Shown: positions 49,029-57,996 of the stretch, piece after piece | Numbering within the stretch: position 1 is the first letter of the stretch | Layout: every line of letters begins with the position of its first letter | DNA from: Acidobacteriota bacterium | Lineage (GTDB): Bacteria; Acidobacteriota; Aminicenantia; Aminicenantales; Saccharicenantaceae | DNA length: 64,000 nt | Assembly (NCBI GenBank): GCA_022711665.1 | Contig: JAKLEN010000005.1 | Location: 130,619 to 194,618, forward strand | Reading direction: 5' to 3' | Program-made: the position numbers and the translations under genes | The notes under the pieces: generated by a model | The model's input: only the letters and a program-made list of their open reading frames with translations | Database searches by the model: none | Told to the model about the DNA's origin: nothing

Positions 49029-49813
49029 AGATCGGCCCGCTGACCATCCACACCTACGGCTTCCTGATGGCCGTGGGCGTGGCCCTGGCCCTCTGGTTCA
49101 TCTACCGGCAGGCCAAGGCCGCGGGCCTGGACGCCGACCGGATCATGGACGCCTCGTTCTACACGATCATCGTCTCGCTCATCGGGGCCAAGCTCATCCT
49201 CTTCATCGGCAACATCTCCTTCTACGCCAAGTATCCCAAGGAGCTCCTGTCCCTGGCCCAGTCGGGCGGCGTCTTCCAGGGCGGCCTGACTTTCGGCACG
49301 ATCTTCGCGCTGTGGTACTTCCACCGCCGCAAGATCCCGACCTGGAAGACGGCCGACATCATCGCCCCGGCCCTGGCCATGGGCCACGGCTTCGGCCGGA
49401 TCGGCTGCTTCAGCGCCGGCTGCTGCTACGGCCGGGCCAGCACCGCGCCCTGGGCCGCTACCTTCACCGACAAGTACGCCTCGCAGCTGACCGGGATCCC
49501 CCTGGATTCGCCCCTGCACCCCGTCCAGCTCTACGAGGCGGGCCTCAATTTTCTCAACTTCGTCGTCCTTTACCTCATCCTGAAGCGCAAGAAGTTCGAC
49601 GGCCAGGTCTTCGGCTTCTACATCATCAACTACTCCGTCATCCGCTTCTTCACCGAGTACTTCCGCGGCGACCACGCCGACCAGACCTACTTCCTGCGCG
49701 GGGCCTCGGCCCTGACGAGCCTGTCGTACCCGCAGCTCTACTGCCTGCTCGGGCTCATCGCCGGGGCCGTCTTCTGCGTCGTCATGAAGAGGCGCCGGGT
49801 TGCCCACAGCTGA
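49010..49813 (+). CDS. lgt: Prolipoprotein diacylglyceryl transferase
   Basis: Lgt signature (HTYGFLMAVG..., GRIGCFSAGCCYG). AGGAGG RBS. Overlaps the lspA 3' end. Confidence 0.92.
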   Translation: MLPILVKIGPLTIHTYGFLMAVGVALALWFIYRQAKAAGLDADRIMDASFYTIIVSLIGAKLILFIGNISFYAKYPKELLSLAQSGGVFQGGLTFGTIFALWYFHRRKIPTWKTADIIAPALAMGHGFGRIGCFSAGCCYGRASTAPWAATFTDKYASQLTGIPLDSPLHPVQLYEAGLNFLNFVVLYLILKRKKFDGQVFGFYIINYSVIRFFTEYFRGDHADQTYFLRGASALTSLSYPQLYCLLGLIAGAVFCVVMKRRRVAHS

Positions 49814-50726
49814 TCTCGTCGCCGGACCCGAGGCCGAGGGCGGCCTGCGCCTGGACGTCTTCCTGGCCGGCCGCCTCGAGGGGCTGCCGCGGGCCCAGGT
49901 CCGCAAGGCCATCGACGCCGGCGGCGCGAGGGTCGGCTCGTTCACGCGCCGGGCCTCCTACAAGGTCAAGCCGGGGGACCACGTCCACATCGCCTACGAG
50001 ATCCCGGAGCCGGAGGGCCTCCTGGCGCCGCAGGACATCCCGCTCAAGATCATCTACCAGGACCCCGACGTCCTGGTCATCGACAAGCCGCCCCACCTGG
50101 TCGTCCACCCGGGGCCGGGGCATCCTTCGGGGACGCTGGTCAACGCCCTGCTCTACCATTTCCCCGAGGTCTCGATCATCGGCCCCGAGGACCGGCCGGG
50201 CATCGTCCACCGGCTCGACCAGGACACCTCCGGGGTCATGGTCGTGGCCCGCTCCATGCGGGCCTACGTCTTCCTGCGTGACCAGTTCAAGCGGCGCGAC
50301 GTCTGGAAGACCTACCTGGCGCTGGTTTGGGGCCGCATGTCGGAGACGACCGGCAGGCTCAGCTGGGCCCTTGGGCGCCACCCCAAGGAAGGCGCGCGCA
50401 TCTCCATCCGGACCCGGAGCCCCAAGCGGGCCGAGACCTTCTTCCAGGTCCAGCGGGCCTTCAGGGACACGACGCTCCTCGACGTCAAGCCGGTCACGGG
50501 TCGGACCCACCAGATCCGCGTCCACATGGCCGCCGCCGGGCATCCCATCTGCGGCGACCCGGTCTATGGGCGCAAGCGCGAGCCGCGCCAGTTTCCCCGC
50601 ATCTTCCTCCACGCCCACACGCTGTCGTTCCTGCACCCGGAAAACGAAAAGCGGCTGGCCTTCGCCTCGCCCCTGCCGTCAGACCTCGAGGCGGTCATCG
50701 ACCGCGAGCTCTCCCTGAAAAGCTGA
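49800..50726 (+). CDS. rluD: RluA-family 23S rRNA pseudouridine synthase (RluD-like) with S4 domain
   Basis: S4-like N-terminus (RLDVFLAG) and catalytic HRLDxDTSG motif. TTG start overlapping lgt. Confidence 0.88.
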   Translation: MPTADLVAGPEAEGGLRLDVFLAGRLEGLPRAQVRKAIDAGGARVGSFTRRASYKVKPGDHVHIAYEIPEPEGLLAPQDIPLKIIYQDPDVLVIDKPPHLVVHPGPGHPSGTLVNALLYHFPEVSIIGPEDRPGIVHRLDQDTSGVMVVARSMRAYVFLRDQFKRRDVWKTYLALVWGRMSETTGRLSWALGRHPKEGARISIRTRSPKRAETFFQVQRAFRDTTLLDVKPVTGRTHQIRVHMAAAGHPICGDPVYGRKREPRQFPRIFLHAHTLSFLHPENEKRLAFASPLPSDLEAVIDRELSLKS

Positions 50727-50738
50727 CGGGGCGGCGCC

Positions 50739-52532
50739 TTATAGCCCGCCGTACTTCTTCCGGAGGCCGTCCCGCTCCCGCTCGAGTTCCTGGACGATCC
50801 GGCGGTAGCCGGGGTGGTCGCGGAGGCCGCCGCAGACCGGGCCCGGCGGATCGGCCAGGAGAGGGAAGGGGTAATCGATCCGGTGGAGCGTCCGCCGGCC
50901 CCTCTCGATCCCCGAACGGATCTCGGCCAGCGCTTCCTCGAAAAGGCAGAGAAAAGCATGGACGGCCGTGCTGTACAGCTCAGGCAGCGGTACGCGGCCC
51001 CCGAGGTCCCGCAAGATCCCCAGGGCCTTGTCCTTCTCTCCCTCAGCCGCCCATATGACCGCCTGGGTCAGCCGGACGTCCGTGTCCTCGGCGGCCAGGA
51101 CCGCGGCTACGCCGAGCTTGCGCCGGGCCCCTTCCAGGTCCCCCAGCCATAGCAGGGCCTGGGCGTGCATGGCGAACATCTTGGCGTTGGTCGGGTTCAT
51201 CTCGCAGAGCCTGGCCGCATCCCGCTCGGCCGCGCCGAACTGCCCCGCCAGCATCTCGTAATAGGCCCTCATGCGATAGGACCGCGTCGAACGGTCGCCC
51301 AGGTCGACGGCCCGGGTCAGGAAAAAGACCGCCCTGTCCGCCAGGCCGACCTGCCCCAGGAAGGCCCCGACATGATAGTTCACCTCGGGCTCCTCGGGGG
51401 CCAGGTCGCGGGCCTTTTTGAACTGGGCGTAGGCTCCGTCCACGTCGCCGCCGAGCAAATTCGTCCAGCCGACGCCGATGAGCGCCTCCGGCAGCTCCGG
51501 ATCCAGACGCAGGGCTTCCCGGTAGGCGGCGGCCATGGCCTCGAAGATCGTCCGATCGAGGGTGCCGCAGACGTAGTACTGGGTCTGATAGCAGTGCCCC
51601 AGGCCGAAGTAGGCCGGCGCGCTCGCCGGCCGGACGGCGATGGCCCGGCGGTAGAGAGCGATGGCCTGCTGCAGCTGCTCGGGGTCGAAGAATTCCGAGA
51701 CGGACGACCGTTCGGCGGACTGGGCCGCTTCGAGGAAGGGCCCGGGCTCCTCGCCGGCGGCCTTCAGGCGGGCCGGCTCGCGGCCGGCCAGGTCCCGGTG
51801 TGCCGGCGCTCCCAGGTCCAGGAACAGCCGGCCCGCGGCCAGGGGCGCCAGGGCAAGAGGGTCCGCGTCGGTCTTGAGGGACGCGCTCGCGGACCGGCCT
51901 TGCGGGCCGAAGAGGTCGTAGCTCAGCGTCCAGCCCGCCTGGTCCTTCCAGAAATGGCCGATGAAGAGATGGGTCGCTTCCGTCCTTTTCATGACCGATC
52001 GGATCAGGGATTCGGACAGGTCCGCCAGCCCGGAGGCGCCGAGGGCTTCCAGGGTTTCCGCCACGGCCGGGGCATTGACGACGGCGACGCGCTCTTCGCT
52101 CCCGGCCCTGATCTCGGCGATGATCCGGCGCTGGAGCCGGCCGCCGATGGCGTCCAGACCGGCGTCCCCGGTATCGTTGAGGAGCGGCAGCACGGCCAGG
52201 GAAATGGAGGGCCTGGCCGGGGCGCCGGCGCCTCTTTTCAGCCAGCCGGTCCGCAGGACCACCAGGACCATCGTCAAGAGGACGGCGTGCCCGGCCACGA
52301 CGGCCGCCCGGGTGAGCAGCTTCCGCCGGGCCGAGCGGGGGTGTTGGTGTCTCGTCTTGCTGAGCCACTGGTCGAGCTCTTCCGTCGTGGCGTAGATGCG
52401 GGCCTTGGGCGTATCATCGACGCGGTGGATGGGCAGCCCGGCTTCCCGTTCCAGGCGCTGGCAGGTCCGGATGCTATGGTTGAGGTAGCTGGCGACGGCC
52501 TTCCAAGAATCGAGAATAGTCCCAGGCGCCAT
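50739..52532 (-). CDS. Membrane-anchored TPR-repeat protein with N-terminal winged-helix/HTH-like DNA-binding segment
   Basis: N-terminal DSWKAVASYLNHSIRTCQRLEREAGLPIH (HTH-like), one TM helix, multiple TPR repeats. Confidence 0.55.
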   Translation of the reverse strand: MAPGTILDSWKAVASYLNHSIRTCQRLEREAGLPIHRVDDTPKARIYATTEELDQWLSKTRHQHPRSARRKLLTRAAVVAGHAVLLTMVLVVLRTGWLKRGAGAPARPSISLAVLPLLNDTGDAGLDAIGGRLQRRIIAEIRAGSEERVAVVNAPAVAETLEALGASGLADLSESLIRSVMKRTEATHLFIGHFWKDQAGWTLSYDLFGPQGRSASASLKTDADPLALAPLAAGRLFLDLGAPAHRDLAGREPARLKAAGEEPGPFLEAAQSAERSSVSEFFDPEQLQQAIALYRRAIAVRPASAPAYFGLGHCYQTQYYVCGTLDRTIFEAMAAAYREALRLDPELPEALIGVGWTNLLGGDVDGAYAQFKKARDLAPEEPEVNYHVGAFLGQVGLADRAVFFLTRAVDLGDRSTRSYRMRAYYEMLAGQFGAAERDAARLCEMNPTNAKMFAMHAQALLWLGDLEGARRKLGVAAVLAAEDTDVRLTQAVIWAAEGEKDKALGILRDLGGRVPLPELYSTAVHAFLCLFEEALAEIRSGIERGRRTLHRIDYPFPLLADPPGPVCGGLRDHPGYRRIVQELERERDGLRKKYGGL

Positions 52533-52605
52533 TCTCGTATGTCCCCCTGGACACTACTATAGCAGGACTATTTCGGGGAAAGCAAGGGGGGCCCGGGGCT
52601 GCCGC

Positions 52606-53646
52606 CTAGCTGACGATCATGTAGCGGTAGTCCCCTCGAGCCAGGGCCGCCGCGGTATAGCTGCTGATCTCTCCGGGCCGGGCCGGGCCGCCGCAGCTCA
52701 GCTCGACCAGCGCGTAGCTGATCGATTGGATGGTCAGGGTCGAGCCCCGAACGAACGGCACGGCGACTCCCGCCAGCATGTGCTCGGGCACCCGGATCAG
52801 GATGACCCGGCAATGGGAGAGCTTGAGCCAGAGCGCCGCGAAGAGCACCGACTTGGAGTCGCAGTCGCCGTTGTCGTCGACCAGGACCCGGAGCGGCACG
52901 TCGAGGCCCGAGCGGAAGCGGCCGTCGTCGACCGGCGGGATCGGCCGGTAGGGGATGGCCAGGACGAAGGAATGCAGGGCGGCCAAGAGCTCGGACCGGG
53001 ACGGGCCGAAGGCCCGCCGGAAAGCGTCGGCCAGCGGCTCCAACCGGTCCGCGCTGACCTTGACCAGGCGCTGGTAATCGACGGCCAGGCCGCCCGGGGT
53101 GAGCCGCAGCCCGTGGGCCCCGGCGTACTTCCTCAATTCGCCGCGCAGGCGCGCCTGGACCTCTTTATGGCTGGCTTGCCAGCGCCGCTCGAAGGCCGCG
53201 ACCAGGTCCGCCACCTCGGCCTCGCCGGCGGGCCTGGCCGGCCTGAACGCGATCTCGAAGTCCTTGGCCGGGGCCTGGCTGACCTGGAAGCCGCCGGGGC
53301 CGGACGCGCCTGAGGCGGTTTCCCGGGCGATGTCGATGGCGGCTAGACCCATTTGGCGGCGGATCCGGGCCTCGGCCTCGAGGAGATGGCGCCTCAGGTC
53401 TTCGATCGGAAAGCCCAAGGCATGCTCGGATTCCTCGAGGGCCCGGCGCGGGATCTCAAGCTGGATCGAGCGGACGACGTCTTTCGCGTCCGTCCAGCGA
53501 TAAGCGATCCTGTAGCCGTCGGGCAGGGTCGTCATCCGGACCGAGCGGCCCGGAGGCTGGCCGCCGGGCCCGCTTGCCGGCCAGGCGGGGAGGGCGGCGC
53601 AGAGGGCCAGCGCGCCTCCAACGATCTTCTGCCGCCAGGACCGCAT
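52606..53646 (-). CDS. Secreted protein with C-terminal transglutaminase-like cysteine-protease core (predicted)
   Basis: Signal peptide and a Cys/His/Asp-type core (DNGDCDSKSVLFAALW ... PEHMLAGV). Confidence 0.45.
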   Translation of the reverse strand: MRSWRQKIVGGALALCAALPAWPASGPGGQPPGRSVRMTTLPDGYRIAYRWTDAKDVVRSIQLEIPRRALEESEHALGFPIEDLRRHLLEAEARIRRQMGLAAIDIARETASGASGPGGFQVSQAPAKDFEIAFRPARPAGEAEVADLVAAFERRWQASHKEVQARLRGELRKYAGAHGLRLTPGGLAVDYQRLVKVSADRLEPLADAFRRAFGPSRSELLAALHSFVLAIPYRPIPPVDDGRFRSGLDVPLRVLVDDNGDCDSKSVLFAALWLKLSHCRVILIRVPEHMLAGVAVPFVRGSTLTIQSISYALVELSCGGPARPGEISSYTAAALARGDYRYMIVS

Positions 53647-53725
53647 CGGCTTCCTCCTCCGCCCGGCTCTTCCGGGAGACGTTCAATCCTTCGAACGAAC
53701 GTGATCCTTTTGAACGGCGCGGGGA

Positions 53726-54040
53726 TCAGCGCCGGGAGACTACGGTCTCGAACTTCCGGACGGGGACGATGCCCAGCGAGCGGAGCTTGTAGTGCAGCGT
53801 CGTCGGCTTTAGACCGAGGATCCTGGCCGCCTGGTTCTGCCGCCCGTTCGTCTGTTCCAGGACATAAACGATGATGTCCCGCTCGAGCCGGTCCAGGGCC
53901 CCCTTCAGCCCGGCGCGGTCCTCCAGGCAGACCTGGCGGAGGTAGAGCTCGATGAGCTCCCGGGACAGGACGGCCGCGGGGGCCTCGGCCGCCCGGCTCC
54001 CCCCGGGCTTGCGGCCGCCGTTCCTGACCGGACTGGCCAT
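53726..54040 (-). CDS. Fis-family small DNA-binding protein (HTH_8)
   Basis: C-terminal QAARILGLKPTTLHYKLRSLGI motif. 104 aa. The rest of track ORF 53726..55567 is antisense to the EF-G gene. Confidence 0.55.
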   Translation of the reverse strand: MASPVRNGGRKPGGSRAAEAPAAVLSRELIELYLRQVCLEDRAGLKGALDRLERDIIVYVLEQTNGRQNQAARILGLKPTTLHYKLRSLGIVPVRKFETVVSRR

Positions 54041-54226
54041 TTCGCCTCCCCGTCCCCGGAACGCCTCTTCCGGGAACTCGCATCGCGTTGAAAATATTGA
54101 ATTCCGAGGGGCCGAAAGCAAGGAGGCAGAAGCGTGAAAATAGGCGAAAATGTGACAGGGATGCGCCAAACCATGGGCCGAAAGGCCCCCCCTTCTGTTT
54201 CTTGAGAGATGAGTCAATATGCCCTC

Positions 54227-54255
54227 TTGAGCCTGGCTCCTTTTTTGGGTAGAAT
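54227..54255 (+). promoter_or_regulatory. Candidate sigma70 promoter for the EF-G paralogue (TTGAGC-17-TAGAAT)
   Basis: Hexamers read from the sequence. A GGGCC-GAAA-GGCCC hairpin followed by a T-rich run lies just upstream (54176-54200). Confidence 0.4.
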
Positions 54256-54292
54256 AGCCTTTCGTTTTCGCCGAGAATCCCATGGAGGCTCG

Positions 54293-56392
54293 ATGATGAA
54301 AGACTACTCCGCCGAAAACATCCGCAATATCGCCCTGGCCGGGCACGGCTCGTCCGGCAAGACTTCGCTGGCCGCGGCCTTCCTGTTCGACGCCGGGGCG
54401 ACCAGCCGCCTGCTCAAGGTCGACAAGGGGAACACGATCACCGACTACGATCCCGACGAGATCGAGCGCAAGATCTCGATCAACGCCACGCCCTGCTTCG
54501 CCGAGTGGGCCGACCACAAGATCAACATCATCGACACGCCCGGCTACAGCAACTTCCTCTGGGACACCCGGGCCGCCCTGCGGGCCGTCGACGGGGCCGT
54601 GGTCCTGGTCGACGCGGTCGCCGGCGTCGAGGTCGGCACGGAAAAGGTCTGGGAGATGATCGAGGAGCGCGGTCTGCCCCGCCTGTTCGTCATCAACAAG
54701 ATGGACCGCGAGAACGCCAATTTCGGACGGGCCCTGGAGTCCATCCGGGAATTCTTCGGCCGCCAGGCCGTTCCGGTCCAGCTGCCGATCGGCGAGGAGA
54801 AGAACTTCGCCGGGGTCGTCGACATCGTCGAGCGGAAAGCCTACGTCTTCGAGAAGGACGAGAGCGGCAAGATGAGCCAGGCGGGCGTCCCCGAAGCCCT
54901 GGCCGGCGAGGTCGAGCGCCGCTACAAAGAGCTGATGGAGATGGTCGCCGAGACCGACGAGAAGCTCATGGAGAAGTACTTCGACAAGGGCGAGCTGGCG
55001 CCGGAGGAGCTCAAGGCCGGGCTCAAGAAGAGCATCCGCCAGCACCAGATCTTCCCGGTCTTCGCGGCTTCGGGCCTGGCCAACGTCGGCGCCCAGACGC
55101 TCCTCGACGGCATCCTGACCTACCTGCCGTCGCCGGCCGAGGCCGGCACGGTCAAGGCCTCCGTCAAGGGCGAGGACAAGACCGTCGCCCCTTCGGCCGA
55201 CGGACCCTTCGCGGCCGTCGTCTTCAAGACCATCTCCGATCCCTACACCGGGCGGATCTCCCTGATGCGCGTCATCTCCGGCCGGGTCAATCCCGACGGG
55301 GCGGTTTACAATCCCAACCGCGACGCCGACGAGAAGCTCGGCGGCCTCTTCTTCCTCCAGGGCAAGGAGCAGATCGCGGCCGGCCAGGCCAAGGCCGGCG
55401 ACATCGTGGCCACGGCCAAGCTCAAGGTCACGGCCACGGGCGACACCCTGTGCCTCAAGGGCTCCGGGATCGTCTTCCCGGCCATCAACTTCCCGCTTCC
55501 GTCCATCTCCTTCGCCATCGAGCCCAAGACGCGGGCCGACGAGGACCGCATCTCCCAGGCCACCCACCGCATCATCGAGGAGGACCCGACGGTCCGCATC
55601 GAGCGCGACGCCAATACCTCACAGCTCATCATCTCGGGCAACGGCGAGCTCCACGTCCGCATCATCACCGAGCGGCTGAAGAAGCGCTACAACGTCGAGG
55701 TCGACCTCAAGCCGCCCAAGATCTCCTATCTCGAGACGATCAAGGGCCGGTCCGACGTCCAGGGCCGGCACAAGAAGCAGACCGGCGGCCGGGGCCAGTT
55801 CGGCGACGTCTGGGTCAAGTTCGAGCCCCTGCCGCGAGGCAAGGATTTCGAGTTCGAGGATAAGGTTTTCGGCGGGGCCATCCCGCGCAACTTCATCCCC
55901 TCGGTCGAGAAGGGGCTCCAGGAGGCCAGGAAGAAGGGCGTCCTGGCCGGCTACCCGACGGTCGACTTCAAGGCCATCCTCTACGACGGGTCCTACCACG
56001 ACGTCGACTCGTCCGACATCGCCTTCAAGATCGCGGCCAACAAGGCTTACAAGAAGGGCATCCGCGAGGCCAAGCCGACCCTGCTCGAGCCGGTCATGAA
56101 CGTCGAGATCTACACGCCCGAGGCCTACATGGGCGATATCATGGGCAACCTCAACGGCCGGCGCGGCCGGGTCCAGGGCATGGAGCAGAAGGGTCCCATG
56201 CGCGTCCTCAAGGCCCAGGTGCCCATGTCGGAGATGCTCGATTTCGAGCCGACCCTGACCTCGATCACCGGCGGCCGCGGCTCCTTCCTGATGGAGTTCT
56301 CGCACTATGAGGAAGCGCCATCGAACATCCAGCAGAAGATCATCGCCGAGGCGGTCAAGGAAGGCCGGGTCAAGCCCGAAGAAGAGGACTGA
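54293..56392 (+). CDS. Elongation factor G family GTPase (EF-G paralogue, EF-G2-like)
   Basis: Translational GTPase domains G1-G5 (AGHGSSGKTS, DTPG, NKMD). EF-G domain IV/V conservation. GGAGG RBS before ATGATG at 54293. Not in the str-operon context. Confidence 0.85.
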   Translation: MMKDYSAENIRNIALAGHGSSGKTSLAAAFLFDAGATSRLLKVDKGNTITDYDPDEIERKISINATPCFAEWADHKINIIDTPGYSNFLWDTRAALRAVDGAVVLVDAVAGVEVGTEKVWEMIEERGLPRLFVINKMDRENANFGRALESIREFFGRQAVPVQLPIGEEKNFAGVVDIVERKAYVFEKDESGKMSQAGVPEALAGEVERRYKELMEMVAETDEKLMEKYFDKGELAPEELKAGLKKSIRQHQIFPVFAASGLANVGAQTLLDGILTYLPSPAEAGTVKASVKGEDKTVAPSADGPFAAVVFKTISDPYTGRISLMRVISGRVNPDGAVYNPNRDADEKLGGLFFLQGKEQIAAGQAKAGDIVATAKLKVTATGDTLCLKGSGIVFPAINFPLPSISFAIEPKTRADEDRISQATHRIIEEDPTVRIERDANTSQLIISGNGELHVRIITERLKKRYNVEVDLKPPKISYLETIKGRSDVQGRHKKQTGGRGQFGDVWVKFEPLPRGKDFEFEDKVFGGAIPRNFIPSVEKGLQEARKKGVLAGYPTVDFKAILYDGSYHDVDSSDIAFKIAANKAYKKGIREAKPTLLEPVMNVEIYTPEAYMGDIMGNLNGRRGRVQGMEQKGPMRVLKAQVPMSEMLDFEPTLTSITGGRGSFLMEFSHYEEAPSNIQQKIIAEAVKEGRVKPEEED

Positions 56393-56401
56393 GCCGGCCC
56401 A

Positions 56402-56623
56402 TCGCCGCCGCGAGAGGGGAACTGATGCGGTTCTTCTCCCGATTCCGGGAAGTCCCTCTCTCGGGCTTTAGCTCGGGGATGTCCTCTGGCTCCCCGGCCC
56501 CCCGGGGAACCAGTTCGCACGGTTCCCCCCCGCTTCGCGGATCCCCTCCTCCAGCAACGGGGAACTGCGAGGACAATCCCCTCGCCGCCGCGAGAGGGAA
56601 TCCCGGAGAGGGGAGAAGAACCG
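56402..56623. repeat. Repeat-rich structured intergenic element (two 17-nt direct repeats, 13-bp outer inverted repeat, internal 8-bp hairpin)
   Basis: Direct repeats TCGCCGCCGCGAGAGGG at 56402-56418 and 56583-56599. Inverted repeats CGGTTCTTCTCCC (56428-56440) / GGGAGAAGAACCG (56611-56623). Hairpin GGGGAACC-9nt-GGTTCCCC at 56504-56528. GGGGAACTG occurs twice. Confidence 0.5.
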
Positions 56624-56624
56624 T

Positions 56625-57818
56625 TTAAACTAATCGCCGCCGCTTGTCCTTGACGAAGACGAGGAGCAGGGCGGCGATCGCCGTCAACCCCATCGAAAGA
56701 AGGAAGGGCGCCCGCCGGCCCGCCTTGTCCCAGAGGAAGCCGGCCGCCATGGAGGCCGGGAAGGCGCACACGCCGATGACCATCTGGAACCCCCCCAGGA
56801 CCGAGGCCCGGTAGGCGTCCGGCGCCAGCTCGGCGGCGATCGTCTTCTGGACCGGATCGAGGGCGGCCTTGTGCAGGCCGTAAAGCACGAACATCGTGGC
56901 GACGGCCGCCGGGCCGCGGGCGAAAACGACGCCGGCGCAAACTACGGCCCAGGCCCCGAGGGCCAGGAAGAGGACGGGCTTGCGCCCGATCCTGTCCGAG
57001 AGCCGGCCGAAGGGATAGGAGAGGAGGGCGGCGACGGCCGAGTAGACGAGGAAGAGAACGGGGATGGCGCCCGTCCGGAAGCCCTCCGACCGGGCATAGA
57101 CAAGCAGGAACGAATAGGTGAAGGCGCCCAGGGCGAAGACGGCGTTGAGCAGGATATAAAGGGCCAGGTTCCTGTCGATGTCCCTGAAGGACAGGCCCTT
57201 GAAGATCCGGGCCGCGGGGGAGCGCTTCTCCCGGATGTTCCGCAGGACGAGGAAGACGGATACGAGGGAAGGAACGGCGGCCAGGGCGAAGAGGAGCCGG
57301 TAGCCGAGCACCCCGAAGAGGGCGATGGAGATGAGGATGCCGGCGACGGAGCCGGAGTTGTCCATTGCCCGGAGCAGGCCGAAATGACGGCCCCGGTTCG
57401 CGTCGGTCGAGATATCGGCCAGCATGGCGTCCCGTGGCGCGCCGCGGATCTTGCCTGCCCGGTCGAGGACGCGGAAGGGGATGAGGTGCTGCCAGACCGA
57501 CGAGGCGGCGTAGCCGAGGCGCGAGACCGCGCCGCAGAGATAGCCGCTCCAGATGAAGACCTTGCGCTTGCGGATCTTGTCGGAGTAGTAGCCGGCGACG
57601 GCCTGCGACAGCGATACGATGGCCTCGCCGAGGCCGTCGAGGAAGCCGAGCGCAGCCATGTTGGCCTTGAGGACCTGGGTCACGAAGAGCGGCCAGACGG
57701 GGTTGATGATGTCCGAGCCCATGTCGTTCAGGAACGAGGCGACGGCGAAGGTGCGGAGGGTCCGGCGCGTCTCGGCCGGCGCGGCGGCGCCCGTTTCGGT
57801 GAAAGCTGGCTCCGGCAT
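56625..57818 (-). CDS. MFS transporter
   Basis: 12-TM pattern with the MFS motif GxLSDRIGRKPV between TM2 and TM3. Confidence 0.8.
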   Translation of the reverse strand: MPEPAFTETGAAAPAETRRTLRTFAVASFLNDMGSDIINPVWPLFVTQVLKANMAALGFLDGLGEAIVSLSQAVAGYYSDKIRKRKVFIWSGYLCGAVSRLGYAASSVWQHLIPFRVLDRAGKIRGAPRDAMLADISTDANRGRHFGLLRAMDNSGSVAGILISIALFGVLGYRLLFALAAVPSLVSVFLVLRNIREKRSPAARIFKGLSFRDIDRNLALYILLNAVFALGAFTYSFLLVYARSEGFRTGAIPVLFLVYSAVAALLSYPFGRLSDRIGRKPVLFLALGAWAVVCAGVVFARGPAAVATMFVLYGLHKAALDPVQKTIAAELAPDAYRASVLGGFQMVIGVCAFPASMAAGFLWDKAGRRAPFLLSMGLTAIAALLLVFVKDKRRRLV

Positions 57819-57924
57819 GGACTCCGATTATATCGCGTCGGCGGAAAAAAGGAACCGTCCCGTGGATCCCGCGGGGGCGCCGTAACTCGTCCCGAAGCCG
57901 GCCATGCCCCCGGCTGGCCGCGCG

Positions 57925-57954
57925 TTGACAGGCCCGGAAGACCGCGGATATGAT
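57925..57954 (+). promoter_or_regulatory. Sigma70-type promoter (TTGACA-18-TATGAT) for the M14 peptidase gene
   Basis: Consensus hexamers read from the sequence. AAGGAGAA RBS before the ATG at 57997. Confidence 0.45.
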
Positions 57955-57996
57955 ACGGGGCGGATCAATGCCGAAATTTCTGAAGGAGAACGGATT

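Noticed and set aside
53726-55567. 613-aa minus-strand ORF
   Set aside because: Only the 3' 104 codons (Fis-like HTH protein) look genuine. The remainder is antisense to the well-supported EF-G gene.
56402-56623. CRISPR array or MITE interpretation of the repeat-rich intergenic element
   Set aside because: Only two direct-repeat copies with unequal spacing, so not a CRISPR array. The repeat order is DR-IR...DR-IR' rather than TSD-TIR...TIR-TSD, so not a canonical MITE.
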